A stretch of DNA of 64,000 bases from Alphaproteobacteria bacterium (GTDB taxonomy: Bacteria > Pseudomonadota > Alphaproteobacteria > SHVV01): the NCBI GenBank assembly GCA_965261735.1, contig OZ253470.1:3808001-3872000 (forward strand), written 5' to 3'. Within the stretch, counting starts at the first letter, position 1; each line of letters starts with the position of its first letter. Position numbers and translations under genes: made by a program. Of the stretch, positions 1-8,685 are shown in pieces. The notes below the pieces were generated by a model. The model did no database searches and was not told the origin of the DNA. It worked only from the letters and a program-made list of their open reading frames with translations.

Positions 1-10
1 GCTCGCCAAC

Positions 11-2038
11 ATGAACAGCAATGTGCTGGATGAGGCGATCCTAAAGAAGCTGGTCGACCCGGATGTTTACTACGCCTTTGCGCGGTGCCGGGCGACCGGG
101 CTGCCGATGGACCGAGAACCCGCGGACGCGCTGGCGCTATCGATACGGGAGTGGGCCCAGTCGAAAGGTTGCATCGGCTATTCGCACTGGTTCTCGCCGA
201 TACGCGGGCCGATTCATGGCGAGAAGCTCGAAACCTTTGTCGCGGTGGATTTTGCCACCGGTCGGCTGATGATGGATCTGTCCGGCTCCGAATTGTTCCA
301 GACCGAGACCGACGGGTCGTCATTCCCCAACGGCGGCTTGCGCGAAACCCACGAAGCGGCGGCCTATATCGGCTGGGATACCGGATCGCCGCCCTTCGTC
401 TATCGGCAAACACTGTACATACCGTCTGCCTTCGTTTCCTGGATCGGCGAGGCGCTTGACCAAAAAACCCCGCTGTTGCGCGCCGATCTCGCGGTCAACG
501 AGCAGAGCCTGCGGCTTTTGACGCATCTTGGCGACGCCGACACCAGGCAGGTTCTGTGCAACGTCGGTTGGGAGCAAGAATTCTTTCTGATCGATCGGGA
601 AAAATACTTAGCGCGACCCGATCTGGTGGCGACAGGCCGCACCCTGGTGGGGGCGCCGCCGCTTCGCGGTCAGGAGCTGTCGACCAACTACTTCGCCAGA
701 CTGCCGCCGCGGGTGAACCGCTACGTGGCGGAGGCGCGCGACAGGATGTGGGAGCTCGGGATCTCGATTCGCTGTACCCACAACGAGGTGGCGCCGGCGC
801 AGCACGAGATCTCACCCATATTCAGCTTGGCGAACCTCGCGGCCGACACCAACGTACTGGCGATGGACGTGCTCCGCGACCTCGCTTTCGACCACGGTTT
901 CGCCATCCTGTTCCACGAGAAACCGTTTGCCGGCATCAACGGCAACGGCAAACACAACAACTGGGGCCTGAACACCGACACCGGGCTCAACCTGTTCGTG
1001 CCGGGAGAAACCGAGAACGACAACCGGCGTTTCATCGCCTTTGTCGCCGCATTGTTGCGCGGCGTGAACCGACATGGCGATTTGCTGCGTTGCGGGGTGT
1101 CCACTGCCGGTAACGATCATCGGCTGGGTGCGCAGGAAGCGCCGCCGGCGATCATCACGCTCCATCTCGGTGCCGGCCTCGAGGCGCATATCAAGACGGT
1201 CGCCGAAGGCGGCAAATTCACCGCCTACGGCGCCCAGCACAAACAGATCGAGATATCGGCGCCGGTGGCCGACATCAAAGCGAGCCTGGAAGATCGCAAC
1301 CGCACCGCGCCGTTCCCGTGGTGCGGCAACCGGTTCGAGTTCCGGGCGGTGGGCGGGAACCAGCATATCGCTTTTCCGCTGACGATGGTCAACGCGGCGC
1401 TGGCCGACAGCCTGAAGCATATGTGCGACCAGATCGATGCCGGCGAGTCGGTCGATGAGGTCATCCGCAAGACCATCCGGGAGAACCGGGGCGCGCTGTT
1501 CAGCGGAAACGGCTACTCCGAGGAGTTGTACGAGCACGCCGAAAAGTCAGAACTGATCCATCTGAAGAGCAGTCCCGAGGCATATCAGACGCTGACGTCG
1601 GCCAAGAACATCAAGCTCTTCGGTGAGCTCGGCATCTTCAACGAACGGGAGATCACGGCGCGTCAGAGCGTCCTCCAGGACGCGTATGCGGCGGAACTGC
1701 GAATCGAGGCACAAACTCTACTGAAAATCCTGCGGACGCTCGTTATTCCTGTCGCCATCGAGGATGCCCGCACGAGCATCGATTCCGGTTATGCTTCCAA
1801 GTTGTTCGATGAAAAGGATAATCTCGTTCGTGAGTTGCTTGCCGAGACCGACCAACTCTCCGACGCGTTCGACGACTTTCCAGACGATAGCCCCGCGCAA
1901 TCGGCGTCTTACGCCCACGAGACCATCAAACCGCTGATGCTGTCCGCGAGGGCCGCGGCGGATCGGCTGGAGGCGCTGGTGGACGGCCGCCGGTGGCCGC
2001 TGCCGACCTATTCAGACATGCTGCACGGGCATCAGTGA
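11..2038 (+). CDS. Glutamine synthetase type III (GlnN-like); the N-terminus may extend beyond the window edge
   Basis: GSIII motifs: SHWFSP, EQEFFLID, HNEVAPAQHE, HEKPFAGINGNGKHNNW, NDHRLGAQEAPP, DRNRT..NRFEFRAVG, C-terminal WPLPTY. Confidence 0.92.
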   Translation: MNSNVLDEAILKKLVDPDVYYAFARCRATGLPMDREPADALALSIREWAQSKGCIGYSHWFSPIRGPIHGEKLETFVAVDFATGRLMMDLSGSELFQTETDGSSFPNGGLRETHEAAAYIGWDTGSPPFVYRQTLYIPSAFVSWIGEALDQKTPLLRADLAVNEQSLRLLTHLGDADTRQVLCNVGWEQEFFLIDREKYLARPDLVATGRTLVGAPPLRGQELSTNYFARLPPRVNRYVAEARDRMWELGISIRCTHNEVAPAQHEISPIFSLANLAADTNVLAMDVLRDLAFDHGFAILFHEKPFAGINGNGKHNNWGLNTDTGLNLFVPGETENDNRRFIAFVAALLRGVNRHGDLLRCGVSTAGNDHRLGAQEAPPAIITLHLGAGLEAHIKTVAEGGKFTAYGAQHKQIEISAPVADIKASLEDRNRTAPFPWCGNRFEFRAVGGNQHIAFPLTMVNAALADSLKHMCDQIDAGESVDEVIRKTIRENRGALFSGNGYSEELYEHAEKSELIHLKSSPEAYQTLTSAKNIKLFGELGIFNEREITARQSVLQDAYAAELRIEAQTLLKILRTLVIPVAIEDARTSIDSGYASKLFDEKDNLVRELLAETDQLSDAFDDFPDDSPAQSASYAHETIKPLMLSARAAADRLEALVDGRRWPLPTYSDMLHGHQ

Positions 2039-2129
2039 CGGGCGCGCGCCGGTCCGCCACCGGGCTCGCGACCGACGCCCCGGTGTCGGCAGCGGCAACG
2101 CGCAGGCGGATCGCCCGGCTTCAAACGAC

Positions 2130-2441
2130 TCACCGCAGGCCAAGGGCCATGGCGATGCTGATGCCCAGGCTGATCGCGGCCTTGAAGGCGTCCTTGACGA
2201 CGATCATCGCGGTCTCCCGATTCGTGCGTAGCCAGGTATCCATCCAGATGGCGAATTCGCGCCCGGCCAACAGGCCGAGAAACACCCAGGTGGTGCTCAT
2301 CGGCACGTCGCTCCATTCCTTGAAGAACAGCAGGATCGAGCCGTAGATGAAATCGATCACCGTCGCCAAGCGGACATCCCGGGTGTTGATCTTGGTGGTG
2401 ACGATGTGCTGGATCTCGCCGCCTCGTCGATAAAAAATCTG
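2130..2441 (-). pseudogene. 3' remnant of a conserved membrane protein (permease-like)
   Basis: Frame reads FYRRGGEIQHIVTTKINTRDVRLATVIDFIYGSILLFFKEWSDVPMSTTWVFLGLLAGRE; an in-frame stop lies immediately upstream (2442-2444) and there is no N-terminal part. Confidence 0.6.
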
Positions 2442-2695
2442 TCACCGGCGGCGTAAAAAGGGACCGCTTGGCGGCTGCGAGCTTGTCCCCGTAGTCCACG
2501 GGCGGGCCCCGCGCGCGACGCGGCGTGCCCTCGACAGGCTGACGCGGCGGCGCGCGCGGGTGGGGCCTGTGGGCCCACGGGGGGGGAATCTGCCATCGGC
2601 AGCTCGATCGCGTAGGCGGAGGGTGGGCTGGCCATTGGTCAACGAGGTTCATCTCGATGCCAAGCTCATCGAAGAAGCGCTGGTGTTTGTTCGCC

Positions 2696-3971
2696 TCAGT
2701 CGATCTCCGAGGGCCCTTGCCGATCGAGCTTCGTGACGAAGCCACGGCCCCTGGCCACGGCATTGTCGCCGAACCTGTCCCGCACTGCATCCACCGCCTT
2801 GTCGATCTTGCTACCGAATGGGCCGGCACCGCCGAACAGGTCGCCCTGGAGAACCTGGCCGGCCTGGACGAGATCATGGGCGCCGATGCCGATCAGTCGG
2901 AAGGCCCGCCCGTCGGCCTCGCGGGTGAGGAGAAGCTCGGCGGTCCGGAACATCTCCTCAGCCGATTGCGTAGCGTTCTTCAGGTGGCGGACGCGGGTGA
3001 TGGTGCGGAAGTCCGAGGTCTTGAGCTTGAGCGTGACGCCTTCGCCGGCAATGCCGGCTGTCTTCATGCGCCGCGCCACCATTTCGGCGAGCTGCCACAG
3101 GATTTGGCGCAGCTTCTCCAGGTCGGATATGTCTTCGTCGAGGGTGGTCTCCGAGGACATGCTCTTGGTCTCGCGGTCGGGGTTGACCGGGCGGTTATCC
3201 TCGCCCCGGGCGCACAGTGACAGCCTTTTGCCGATCTTGCCGTAACGGGTGACAAGCTCTGCCTCCTCGACGCGGGCGAGTTTCGCCGATCAGCGTGATG
3301 CCGTCCCCAGCGAGGCGCTGCCGCATAGCTGGACCCACTCCCCATAACATCCCGACCGGCTTGTCTGAAAGAAAGGACTTGGCCTCGGCCCGGCCGATCA
3401 CGGCGAAGCCGCGCGGCTTGTCCAAGTCCGAGGCGATCTTGGCCAAGAACTTGTTATAGCTGAGCCCGATGGACACGGTAATTGCAAGTTCATCTTCCAC
3501 CCGGCGTGCCAGCGCAGCCAGGGTCGCGGCCGGGCTGGCGCCATGGAGGGACTCCGTGTTCGCGAGGTCCATGAATGCCTCGTCGATGGAGAGCGGCTCC
3601 ACCAGGGGTGTCAGGCCCAGCATCATCGCGCCGACCTCGCGGCCCACGGCTGTGTACTTCTTCATGTCGGGTTTGATGACGGTGGCGTCGGGACAGGCCT
3701 TCAGGGCCTTGAACATTGGCATGGCAGAGCGGACACCGTAGGTGCGGGCGATGTAGCAGCAGGCGGCGACCACGCCACGGTGGCGACCGCCGACGATCAG
3801 CTCCGGCCGGTCTCGTTTCTCGATGGCAGCGTAGAAGGCGTCGCAGTCGAGATGGGCGATAGCGAGATCATGGAGTTCCTGGTGTCGTGCAACCCGCACC
3901 GAGCCGCAGGCCGGGCAAGCCTCGGCGTCAAGGTGCGGCCGGCGGCCGCAGTCGCGGCACAAGGTTTTCAC
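2696..3971 (-). pseudogene. dinB: DNA polymerase IV (DinB), frameshifted
   Basis: [27 protein letters not shown] and SIDEAF motifs in 3195-3971; little-finger domain (SSETT..TLKLKTSDFRTITR..RLIGIG) in 2696-3160; removing one T from TTT at 3281-3283 joins both frames ([21 protein letters not shown]...ETKSMSSETT). Confidence 0.9.
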
Positions 3972-4102
3972 GGAACAATCATAAGACCCGTTTCGGCAGG
4001 CGTGAAGATATCCGCACGCTCCCGGACGCTGTAAAGCCAGCGCTGCGCCGGTGGGCGTGCGCGACGGACATGATCGTGGCCGGGATGGATATGATCCCAG
4101 GC

Positions 4103-4810
4103 TCAGCCCGATTGGTCATCGTACATCTTCGCCCGCGGCGTGGCTCCGATTCGCTGCGCCGTCGCCTTCCACAGCGGCCCATGGCCTGCGTCGGGCCCCG
4201 CGATCGCGTGTGCAATTTCGTGCAAAACGGTGTCCCGGATCTCCTCCTCGTTGCTCTCCAGGGCATGGCCGCGGCCGATCCGAATCTGGCGGTCACTGAA
4301 ATCACAGTCGCCGAGGCGGCTCCGGGATTCGACAAAAGCGAGTGTCCAGCCGGTGAGCCCATGCTCATCCATCAACCGTCTGGCCATCCCCGCGATGCAG
4401 TTCAACCGCTCCGGGCCGTTCCTCGCAGCTTGCCCCTCGGCGACACCGAGCAGGCCATAGGGGACGTTCCAGCATGCCTCCCCACAGCGCACTCTCGCTC
4501 TCTTCGGGTTGAGTTTGACAATCTCGCCGCGCATCGGGCCGTCGAGACCGAGGAACGCCACTCGATCGCCTAGGCGGTAATATGCTCTCGCCTCGTCGTG
4601 TGGAGTGACCATCGTGGTCCGCCTCCCGCCTCCCGTGTCCTTCAATGCCGACTCTGGGACTCTCCAGGTTCGCTCTTCATTGTCGATCACCTTCGCGAAG
4701 CGTCGCCGTCCCTGCCGCTGGAGGAGATGCCCGTGGATCGTCACACCGTTATGGGTGAACCGGACGGCCGACCCGATTGAGAGAAGGCGCGGTTCCCGTT
4801 CTTTGGCCAT
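4103..4810 (-). CDS. SprT-like zinc metalloprotease with two N-terminal SH3/KOW-like beta repeats
   Basis: LHEIAHA (HExxH) followed by GHGPLWK; RLGDC upstream; RBS AGGAGAGG before the ATG. Confidence 0.8.
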   Translation of the reverse strand: MAKEREPRLLSIGSAVRFTHNGVTIHGHLLQRQGRRRFAKVIDNEERTWRVPESALKDTGGGRRTTMVTPHDEARAYYRLGDRVAFLGLDGPMRGEIVKLNPKRARVRCGEACWNVPYGLLGVAEGQAARNGPERLNCIAGMARRLMDEHGLTGWTLAFVESRSRLGDCDFSDRQIRIGRGHALESNEEEIRDTVLHEIAHAIAGPDAGHGPLWKATAQRIGATPRAKMYDDQSG

Positions 4811-4853
4811 TCATACCTCTCCTGAATTCGGGTGGCGTAAGAACTTGGGGTCG

Positions 4854-5179
4854 GGCACTGTCAACTTAATGGCGGCGGGTGAAAGGCTTTCCCCGATTGC
4901 GTTCGTTAAGCGACCGTTGTTGTTGCCCGCCATTCCGCCATGGCTGAGGTGCGAAATCGGCGAAGCGTCCGGCGGGAAATCAGGTGGCGCTGGACGTTGA
5001 AGAGATTGTAGACGGCAGCGTGGATGGCGAGGAATCTCTGGGCAGACTTTGGCGATTTGAAGCGCTGCATCTTTCGCTCTCGTCGTCGTACCGGCTGATG
5101 GGAGTTTTCGGCTCGATTGTTCTTCCGTAAGCCCTGCTCATGCTCTGCGCAAAGGCCGATCTTGCGGATCGCTGAGCCG
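4854..5179 (-). mobile_element. IS6-family remnant (transposase C-terminus plus one terminal inverted repeat)
   Basis: Minus-strand frame absent from the ORF track reads ...LRKNNRAENSHQPVRRRERKMQRFKSPKSAQRFLAIHAAVYNLFNVQRHLISRRTLR... with stop at 4906-4908; the end sequence GGCACTGTCAACTT at 4854 resembles IS6/IS26-type IRs (GGCACTGT...). Confidence 0.85.
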
Positions 5180-5358
5180 GCGTACGATCCGACGGCGGCC
5201 GGCCGAGTCCGTCAGATGCGCATACGCCTCGACAAAACCGGCAACTTCCGCCTCCACCGCTTGCCCAAGTAAACGCCGCGCACCAAGACGCAAAACCTCC
5301 GTCAGCGGATCGTCCTCAAATGATCCTGGTTGGCGAAGCTGGACGACTGTGACGTTGC
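5180..5358 (-). mobile_element. IS256-family transposase N-terminal remnant
   Basis: NVTVVQLRQPGSFEDDPLTEVLRLGARRLLGQAVEAEV...AGRRRIVR matches the IS256 N-terminal pattern, then breaks off into the IS6 remnant. Confidence 0.75.
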
Positions 5359-5464
5359 GCCCAAAACCCAGACCAGGTGGTTCTTTATTTATGCGGCCTG
5401 AGCGATGTTCATGTGCCTCTGGGCCTGTGCCGGCGTCCGATAGAGCGCATCGAGGAAAGGGTGC

Positions 5465-5493
5465 TTGATAAGTATGCGGCATTGCCGCATAGT
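5465..5493 (+). promoter_or_regulatory. Putative sigma70 promoter and antitoxin operator of the TA pair
   Basis: TTGATA (5465-5470) - 17 bp - CATAGT (5488-5493); perfect inverted repeat TATGCGGCA-T-TGCCGCATA at 5473-5491 covers the spacer and part of the -10. Confidence 0.7.
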
Positions 5494-5501
5494 GAGCATT
5501 G

Positions 5502-5834
5502 ATGCAGCTCTTCGTTACTCGCACTTATGAACGGGCCATTCGCAAGTTGATCTCGGAGGAAGCCCGGAAGGAAATGGAGGCGGCGATCGCCGCCGACCCT
5601 GACGAAGCGCCGGTCATTCGGGGAACGGGAGGCATTCGCAAGTTTCGCTGGGCGGGTACCGGCCGGGGCAGGCGGGGCGGCATACAGACAATCTATTTCT
5701 ACCATTCCGGCCCGGAAGCTATCTATTTGCTGACGGCTTACGCTAAGGCGGATCGCGATGATCTGACCTCGGCGGACAAGAAAGTGCTGTCACGGCTGGT
5801 GACCGCAATCAAGAAAAGGGGGACGGACAAATAA
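5502..5834 (+). CDS. Type II toxin, RelE/ParE (HigB-like) family
   Basis: IRGTGGIRKFRW..GRGRRGG..IYFY..IYLLTAYAK pattern; toxin gene upstream of an HTH antitoxin. Confidence 0.85.
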   Translation: MQLFVTRTYERAIRKLISEEARKEMEAAIAADPDEAPVIRGTGGIRKFRWAGTGRGRRGGIQTIYFYHSGPEAIYLLTAYAKADRDDLTSADKKVLSRLVTAIKKRGTDK

Positions 5835-5836
5835 AT

Positions 5837-6136
5837 ATGGAACGAACTCAGGTCGGTCGCGAGGTCGAGGCGGCACTGAGCGAGGTTCTTGCCCATGTGC
5901 GCGGCGAGGTTGATCTGCCGTGCCGGTTCGTCGACGACCCTGCCGCCGAGCGGATCCTCGCGCTTCGCAAACGCTTGGGGCTGAGCCGTCGGAAGTTCGC
6001 GGATCGTTTTGGTCTCGATGCGCGCGCCTTGCAGGATTGGGAACAAGGCCGCCGCGTTCCGGATCGTGCCGCCCGTGTCTTACTGACTGTCATCGACAGT
6101 GATCCGGAAGCTGTCGTGCGGGCGCTCGGCAAGTAA
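5837..6136 (+). CDS. Antitoxin, XRE-family HTH (HigA-like)
   Basis: LRKRLGLSRRKFA..LQDWEQGRRVPD..ARVLL; 2 bp after the toxin stop. Confidence 0.85.
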   Translation: MERTQVGREVEAALSEVLAHVRGEVDLPCRFVDDPAAERILALRKRLGLSRRKFADRFGLDARALQDWEQGRRVPDRAARVLLTVIDSDPEAVVRALGK

Positions 6137-6156
6137 AGGAGCAAACACCGAGTGCC

Positions 6157-7245
6157 TCATCCCCGGGTGAGGGCATGCTGCATTTCGTCACCGCCCAAGA
6201 GATTCCCTCCGATGCTTCCGGTGATGCGGGCTGCTGCGGTTTGGATGGAGTCACGGGCGAGGTGGGCATAGCGGGCCGTCGTTTGCACTTGGGTGTGCCC
6301 GAGCAGTTTCCCAATCATAGTCAGGCTCTCGCCGAGAGCCAGCGCGCGCGAGGCAAAGGAGTGGCGCAAATCGTGGATCCGCACGCCCTCAAGGCCCGCC
6401 TGCTTGCGGATGCGCCGCCAGGGGCGTTGCAGATCGGTGAGGTGAGAGCCGGGGAGGCGACCCGAGATGACCCAGGGATTGTCCTCGTCACGGGAAATGG
6501 CTGACAACACCGCACGGGCCTCAGGACCCAGTGGCACCACCCGTCCGCCGGTCTTGGCATCGGGAAGCTCGATACAGTCGTCATTGACGTAGTCCCAGCG
6601 CAGGTCCCGTATCTCCGACATTCGGCAGCCGGTCAGCAGAAGCAGGCGGAAGGCGGCTACTGCCGAGGGCATCTCTTCCTCGGCCTCGCGCAGGACCTGG
6701 CCCAGCCGCTCGGTCTCTTCCGGCGACAGGAACCGTTCCCGCTTGTGCTCCTTGTAGCGCTTGACATGCCGGCAGGGATTGGAGCCGTCGGGGCGCCAGC
6801 CCCAGACTTCGGCGAGGTTGAACATCTTGGATAGCACCCCGAGCGTCCGGTTGGCCTGATAGGGCTTGTCCCGCAGGCCGTGATGCAGGGCGGCGATGTC
6901 CTTGCGCTGTACCTCTGGAACCCGCAGCTCCCCGACCACAGGATCGACAAACAGCCTCACCGAACGGCGGTACTCTTCCCGGGTGCTCGGCTTGCAGTGG
7001 ACCGGGACATATTCCTCCAGGAACCTGCGCCCGAGATCAGCCATGCTCGGCTGTGCCTCGCGTCGGGCGTCCGCGTCGCGTGGATCGATGCCTTTCTTTG
7101 CACAAGCCAATATCTCCAGCGCGCGGGCACGCGCTTGATTCGGGTTAAGTGGACCATGCGGGCCAATGGTGAACCAGCATAGCTTCCCGGCGATGCGGGT
7201 TTGGACGACGTAGCTCTTGCGTCCCGAGCGCCGAACACGCAGGCC
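6157..7245 (-). pseudogene. Tyrosine recombinase/phage-type integrase, 5'-truncated in the arm-binding domain
   Basis: Catalytic motifs TGCRMSEI, DAKTG, HDLRHSFAS, LLGH..TTARY are intact; similarity starts abruptly at GLRVRRSGRKSYVVQ; upstream sequence belongs to the EEP gene. Confidence 0.8.
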
Positions 7246-7945
7246 ATTGCCGGCTGTGATGGAAGGTAGGGACATTTTTGCTCTCCTGTGGCAATTCGTC
7301 CGGCCAGGGATCGGCCTGCCTGCCGTTCGGGTATTCCGGCCCGATACAGGGCAATCCCATGGACTCCATCCGGACGAACACGGTCTTGTAACGGGCGGCC
7401 CAATAGCCGCTGCCGTATTCGCCGTAGCCACGCAGGATGTTCATGTCGCCGGCCACCAGAACGCGATGCCCGTCCTCCTTCGCGATGACCGTGGACAGGT
7501 CGGAAACGACGTGGTGAGCGGACCCGTCCGAGAAGAGGAAGTTACTTCCTGCCTGGGTGTGTGTGCGCACCCACTGCGCATACATCGAGACGGCTATCAG
7601 TGGCTCGCCTGAGGAAGGTGTAACGAACGCGGCGGTGAGGGTGCCGGGCCAACTGGCCACTAGTTCCCTGGACTTTGCCGTATCGATAGATCGCGCTTCG
7701 ATCCAGTTGATTCTGATGCGGTTCGAGAGTTTGACGATTGCCGTTCTGTACGAGGGCCTGCCTTCCACGATCATGGTCTCCCATGGCGCCGAATCGACCT
7801 CGATCGCGGGATCGGCCTGGATTCGCTCCGCGACATCAGGAGGGGGCTTGCCGGCTTCCTGAAGCAGCGCCAGGTCGATACCCATGTCGAGCAGGCATCG
7901 CCATGGCTCGTGCCTGTGAGCCATGTTCCAGGAGATGATTTTCAT
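7246..7945 (-). pseudogene. Endonuclease/exonuclease/phosphatase (EEP) family protein, 3'-truncated
   Basis: IISWNM, DLALLQE, VAGDMN and PTF motifs present; the C-terminal DY/SDH motifs are absent and the sequence runs into the integrase. Confidence 0.75.
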
Positions 7946-8017
7946 TGTGCTTCATGCCTCGGGGGTAAGTGGCGGCTCCGGTCCGCGCTGATGGAGATGC
8001 CGCAGGTTGCGGCCTCA

Positions 8018-8527
8018 CTGAATGCGCGCCTGCAATTCCAGATTCCCCGGTTCGCCAGTACCAGGCGCCAGGTCCTGATCGATCGCTTGACGTACGACCC
8101 GGACGTCCTGGAAACGGTCGATCGGCAGGCTTCGGCGTCGGGGACTCCCAGAGATGTCCTGATCGCCGAAGCCGCCCGTTACGCGCGGGAAATCGTGCCG
8201 TCGTTCAATGCGTATGCGTATTTCCGGATCGGCCACTACGTGGCCCGCGGGATCATTCGGTTGCTGTACCGCGTTCGGTTGGGTTCGGCCAACGAACAAG
8301 CCCTGTCCGCGATCGACCCCAAGTCCAGCATCGTGTTCGTGATCAACCACCGCAGCAACATGGACTATTTGATTCTGGCCTACACGGTCGTGAATCGTTC
8401 TGCGTTGAGTTACGCTGTTGGCGAATGGGCGCGGATCTGGCCGCTCCAGACGCTGATCCGAACTCTCGGCGCATATTTCGTGCGTCGCGGCTCCGGAAAT
8501 GCCCTGTACCGCAAGGTTCTCGCCCGG
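8018..8527 (+). pseudogene. Internal fragment of a glycerol-3-phosphate/1-acylglycerol-phosphate acyltransferase
   Basis: NHRSNMDY (HX4D), YAVGEWA and GAYFVRR motifs; no credible start and the frame degrades after YRKVLAR. Confidence 0.75.
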
Positions 8528-8685
8528 CCATGGCATAGGCTTGCCTACGGAACTGAAAACGAGTATCCAAAACAGAATTCTCGATAAATCCACGAAAATT
8601 TGCAATCAAGGTAAGATCGGAGAATAAAGGAATTGGTGGTTGATCTTGGTAGATCACGTCTGCCATGTGCCGATGACGTTTCTTT

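Noticed and set aside
3195-3290. Programmed frameshift in dinB
   Set aside because: No slippery heptamer or evident stimulatory structure; a second lesion in the gene favours decay or error.
6175-6504. 109-aa plus-strand ORF over the integrase 3' end
   Set aside because: Antisense shadow of the integrase catalytic region.
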